From: Gemmatimonadota bacterium
Lineage (GTDB): Bacteria; Gemmatimonadota; Gemmatimonadetes; Longimicrobiales; Gaopeijiaceae
Direction of reading: 5' to 3'
NCBI GenBank assembly: GCA_007126575.1
Contig: SLBA01000019.1
Location: forward strand, 1 to 29,575
Length of the DNA stretch: 29,575 bases
Within the stretch, counting starts at the first letter, position 1. Each line of letters begins with the position of its first letter. The notes below the pieces were generated by a model. The model was not told the origin of the DNA. It searched no databases and saw only the letters and a list, made by a program, of their open reading frames with translations. Both the position numbers and the translations under genes were made by a program. This document shows positions 26,885 through 29,575 of this stretch, piece by piece.

Positions 26885-27517
26885 ATGCGGGTGCTGGTCA
26901 TCGGAGCCAATGGAAAGACGGGACGGATCGTCGTGAATCGACTGCGGGAGGGCACCCACACCCCCCTGGCCATGGTTCGCGACGAGGCCCAGGTCGGGAG
27001 GTTCGCCGACCGCGGCGTCGACACGGTCCTCGGCGACCTCGAAGAGCCACTCGATCCCGCCCTGGAAGGCTGCGACGCGGTGATCTTCGCCGCCGGGTCG
27101 GGCTCGTCGACCGGACCCGACAAGACCTTGGCAGTGGACCGGGACGGCGCCGTGCGAAGCATCGCAGCCGTCGAAGAAGCCGGGATCCAGCGGTACATCA
27201 TGCTGAGCGCGATGCGGGCCGACCCCGGGAGCGAAGGACACCCGATCTCGCACTACCTGCGAGCCAAGGGGATCGCCGACGAGCACCTCATCCGCAGTGA
27301 TCTGGACTGGACGATCGTACGCCCCGGCCGGCTGACCGACGAGCCCGGAACCGGTCGGATTCGAGTCTCCCCGAAGCTCGAGACCCCCGGCTCGGTCACT
27401 CGCTCCGATACCGCGGCCGTCCTCGTCGCCGCCCTGGACCATCCGAACGTTTCCCGACGACGGTTCGACCTGCTCGAGGGCGAGACCCCGATCGCGGCGG
27501 CGCTCGATGGGCTCTGA
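26885..27517 (+). CDS. NAD(P)H-binding atypical short-chain dehydrogenase/reductase (NmrA/YhfK-like)
   Basis: N-terminal Rossmann motif MRVLVIGANGKTGRIVV. About 210 aa. It is divergent from glnS across a 256-nt gap. Confidence 0.65.
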   Translation: MRVLVIGANGKTGRIVVNRLREGTHTPLAMVRDEAQVGRFADRGVDTVLGDLEEPLDPALEGCDAVIFAAGSGSSTGPDKTLAVDRDGAVRSIAAVEEAGIQRYIMLSAMRADPGSEGHPISHYLRAKGIADEHLIRSDLDWTIVRPGRLTDEPGTGRIRVSPKLETPGSVTRSDTAAVLVAALDHPNVSRRRFDLLEGETPIAAALDGL

Positions 27518-27571
27518 CCCCCCGGGTATCGTGCTGATCGCTCCCGCCGGCCACTCCTCCGGACCCCGCCC

Positions 27572-29398
27572 GTGAACCCCTCGCTCATTCACAGCACGCG
27601 GGAGACGATCCTCCGGACCACCCTGCGGGCCTGCGTGATCCTCGGGGGGATCGCATATGTTCCGGGGGCCTGGGCCTCGGTGCAGGGGGGCATTCCTGAA
27701 GTCCTGATCCTGACCACCGCGATCTACCTGGCGCTCATCCTGGTGGCCTTCGTCCCGGGGCTTGGCTTTCGCGCTCGCGGTGTGTCGCTTCTCGCGATCA
27801 TCCTCGTCCTCTCCGTTGGGCTCGTCGTGGCCATCGGCCCGCCTGGAGCGGGCGCCATCTGGCTCATGTCGGTGCCGGTCATGGCCGGGGTCCTCCTCGG
27901 AGTGCGTGGGGCCATCTGGAGTCTCGTCGGCGTCGCCGTCACCTGCGTCGGGCTGGGTATACTGATCCACCTGAATCTGGCGGGGCCCCTTCCCGGAGCC
28001 GGCCACCCGGGTTATCCGCTGGCGGCATGGATCGCGACCTCGGGGAGCCTTCTCTTTCTTTCGGCCATCCTCTCTATCGCGGTCGGCCTCCTGCTCGATC
28101 GGCTCGAGGAGACGGCATCACTCGAACGAGAGGGAAGACTGCAGCTCGAGGCCAGCGCCCGCGAGCAACTCCTCCTCGAAAGCCGCCTCCGTCAGTCGCA
28201 GAAGCTGGAGGCGCTCGGCACCCTCGCCGGTGGGATCGCACACGACTTCAACAACCTGCTCGTTCCCCTGATCGCCGGCACCGAGGAGGCGCGCGACGGC
28301 CTCCCCTCCGACAGCCCGGCCCGTGGCCACCTCGACGACGTGCTTCGGTCGGCGTCGCGGGGGAGAGACCTGGTCCGGAGAATCCTCACCTTCAGCCGGG
28401 GTGGAAGCGAGGACCGGGTCCCCGTCCGACTCGTCGAACTCCTCGATGAGGCGGAGCGCCTGCTTCGGCACACCTTCCCCGCGTCGATCCGGCTCGAGAG
28501 GGTGATCGACGCCCCCGAAGCCGAGGTTCTGGCGGACCCGGCGGAGCTGCACCAGGTCGTCATGAACCTGGGCACGAACGCCTATCTGGCCATGGAGGAC
28601 ACCGTCGGCACCCTCACCCTGGGCCTTCGCTCCGAAGGTGGAGAGGCCATCCTGAGCGTCCGGGACACCGGAATCGGAATGGACGCCGAGACCCTGGCCC
28701 GATCCATGGACCCGTTCTTCACGACCCGCGGGCCCGACGAGGGCACCGGGCTGGGCCTCTCGACGGTGCACGGGATCGTGAAGGGTCTGGGCGGTCGGGT
28801 CTCGCTGAGCAGCGAACCGGGCGGGGGCACCACGGCCGAGGTCCGGCTCCCCCTGCTCCCCACCACCGCGACGGCCCCTGACCCCGACCCGTCCCCGGTC
28901 GAGTCGCCGGTGCGACCCGGCGACGCGCCCTCGGACGAACCGGGACGGGCGAAGCGCAGGATCCTGCTCGTCGACGACGACAGCTCGGTCCGTTCGGTCA
29001 CCGCCCGGCTCCTCGAGCGCATGGGCTTCGAGATCGTCTCGGTCGCCGAGAGCGAACGGGCGCTCCTCTCCCTGATCCGAGACGAGGGTCCACCCTTCGA
29101 CCTGCTCCTGACCGACCAGACCATGCCCCAGTTGTCGGGACTCGAGCTCATCCGCCGTTCGCGCGCCGAGGGTTCCGAGGTCCCCGCCCTCCTCATGTCG
29201 GGGTTCCTGAGCGAGGCGATGATCGACGAAGCCCGGGCGCTCGGCACCCGGGTGCTCGCGAAGCCCTTCGTTCGAGAGGAGCTGCAGCGTGCAGTCGGCC
29301 TCGCCCTCGAGGGGGCGGGAACCCGAAGGGATGTCGAGAAGGCCCCGGGCACCGGGCTCTACGAGGGTGACTCCCCCTCGAACCCCCCGCGGAGTTGA
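27572..29398 (+). CDS. Membrane-bound hybrid sensor histidine kinase: 6 TM - HisKA - HATPase_c - receiver; paralogue of the 20341-21906 kinase
   Basis: GTG start. Six hydrophobic helices in the first ~180 aa. H-box GGIAHDFNNLLVPL. N, G1 and G2 boxes (NLGTNAYLAM, VRDTGIGM, GTGLGLSTV). C-terminal receiver (ILLVDDDSSVR...DQTMPQLSG...AKPF). Confidence 0.85.
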   Translation: MNPSLIHSTRETILRTTLRACVILGGIAYVPGAWASVQGGIPEVLILTTAIYLALILVAFVPGLGFRARGVSLLAIILVLSVGLVVAIGPPGAGAIWLMSVPVMAGVLLGVRGAIWSLVGVAVTCVGLGILIHLNLAGPLPGAGHPGYPLAAWIATSGSLLFLSAILSIAVGLLLDRLEETASLEREGRLQLEASAREQLLLESRLRQSQKLEALGTLAGGIAHDFNNLLVPLIAGTEEARDGLPSDSPARGHLDDVLRSASRGRDLVRRILTFSRGGSEDRVPVRLVELLDEAERLLRHTFPASIRLERVIDAPEAEVLADPAELHQVVMNLGTNAYLAMEDTVGTLTLGLRSEGGEAILSVRDTGIGMDAETLARSMDPFFTTRGPDEGTGLGLSTVHGIVKGLGGRVSLSSEPGGGTTAEVRLPLLPTTATAPDPDPSPVESPVRPGDAPSDEPGRAKRRILLVDDDSSVRSVTARLLERMGFEIVSVAESERALLSLIRDEGPPFDLLLTDQTMPQLSGLELIRRSRAEGSEVPALLMSGFLSEAMIDEARALGTRVLAKPFVREELQRAVGLALEGAGTRRDVEKAPGTGLYEGDSPSNPPRS

Positions 29399-29429
29399 CC
29401 CCCCCGCATGTCGCCTCTACCTTGGATCC

Positions 29430-29531
29430 ATGCGCTCAATGATCTGCGCCGCCTCGCGGCACCACGTGCATCACCATCATCATCCCTCCCGGACGGGGCG
29501 GGTGCGTGGTCGGGGTGTGCGGCTGATCTGA
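29430..29531 (+). CDS. Candidate small ORF (33 codons) with a His run: MRSMICAASRHHVHHHHHPSRTGRVRGRGVRLI
   Basis: ATG at 29430, stop at 29529-29531. GC3 is higher in this frame than in the alternative frames, apart from the CAT codons. Seven His in 8 consecutive codons. No convincing SD, and the window ends 44 nt later so the downstream gene is not visible. Confidence 0.2.
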   Translation: MRSMICAASRHHVHHHHHPSRTGRVRGRGVRLI

Positions 29532-29575
29532 GGACGCCACAACCTGAATGACCGCCGCCGCGGCCCGTCCGGAAC

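Noticed and set aside
29408-29575. Alternative sORF from ATG 29408 (MSPLPWIHALNDLRRLAAPRASPSSSLPDGAGAWSGCAADLRTPQPE) overlapping the His-run ORF
   Set aside because: GC3 is lower and the composition is noise-like. The His-run frame is the better coding candidate, and even that is low confidence.
1-29575. Search for CRISPR repeats, tRNA/rRNA, transposase/integrase/recombinase, toxin-antitoxin or restriction-modification genes
   Set aside because: No regularly spaced direct repeats, no cloverleaf-compatible conserved tRNA boxes and no proteins with DDE/tyrosine-recombinase/HEPN/PIN-like motifs were seen. The window looks like core chromosome rather than an accessory island.

Overview
High-GC (roughly 70% by eye) bacterial chromosomal segment, densely coding (about 23 protein genes, short intergenic gaps), arranged in six same-strand blocks. 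I see no rRNA, tRNA, CRISPR array, transposase, integrase or phage gene. Most content is housekeeping or envelope and signalling related: gyrA, uvrA, glnS, a FadB/FadJ-type fatty-acid oxidation multifunctional enzyme, a flotillin(SPFH)/NfeD pair, RlpA, a DsbA-like oxidoreductase, a beta-lactamase-family serine hydrolase and two paralogous hybrid histidine kinases. Genes in order are as follows.

(+) strand:
- two tandem, translationally coupled M16-peptidase-like proteins that both lack the HxxEH zinc motif
- a coiled-coil lipoprotein
- FadJ-like enzyme, chained by 4-nt overlaps to MobA/MocA-like nucleotidyltransferase -> XdhC-family protein -> stand-alone XdhC N-domain protein -> DUF402 protein

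(-) strand:
- small 64-aa protein <- DsbA-like (CNAC) <- HAD hydrolase <- threonine/serine dehydratase <- gyrA
- lipoprotein
- uvrA

(+) strand:
- rlpA
- beta-lactamase-family hydrolase, ATGA-coupled to a PAS hybrid histidine kinase

(-) strand:
- flotillin <- NfeD
- glnS carrying a C-terminal YqeY/GatB-like extension

(+) strand:
- NmrA-like SDR
- 6-TM hybrid histidine kinase
- a His-rich 33-codon small ORF at the window edge

The many long ORFs antisense to real genes are GC-driven shadows. No classical mobile or defence island is evident. The most unusual points are:
- a molybdenum-cofactor (MCD) maturation cassette (MocA-like plus XdhC genes) with no molybdoenzyme structural genes, fused by translational coupling to fadJ upstream and a DUF402 nucleotide phosphatase-like gene downstream
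- the pair of catalytically dead M16 homologues
- the Deinococcus-type GlnRS-YqeY fusion

All protein-family assignments are by-eye motif recognition and need HMM or BLAST confirmation.
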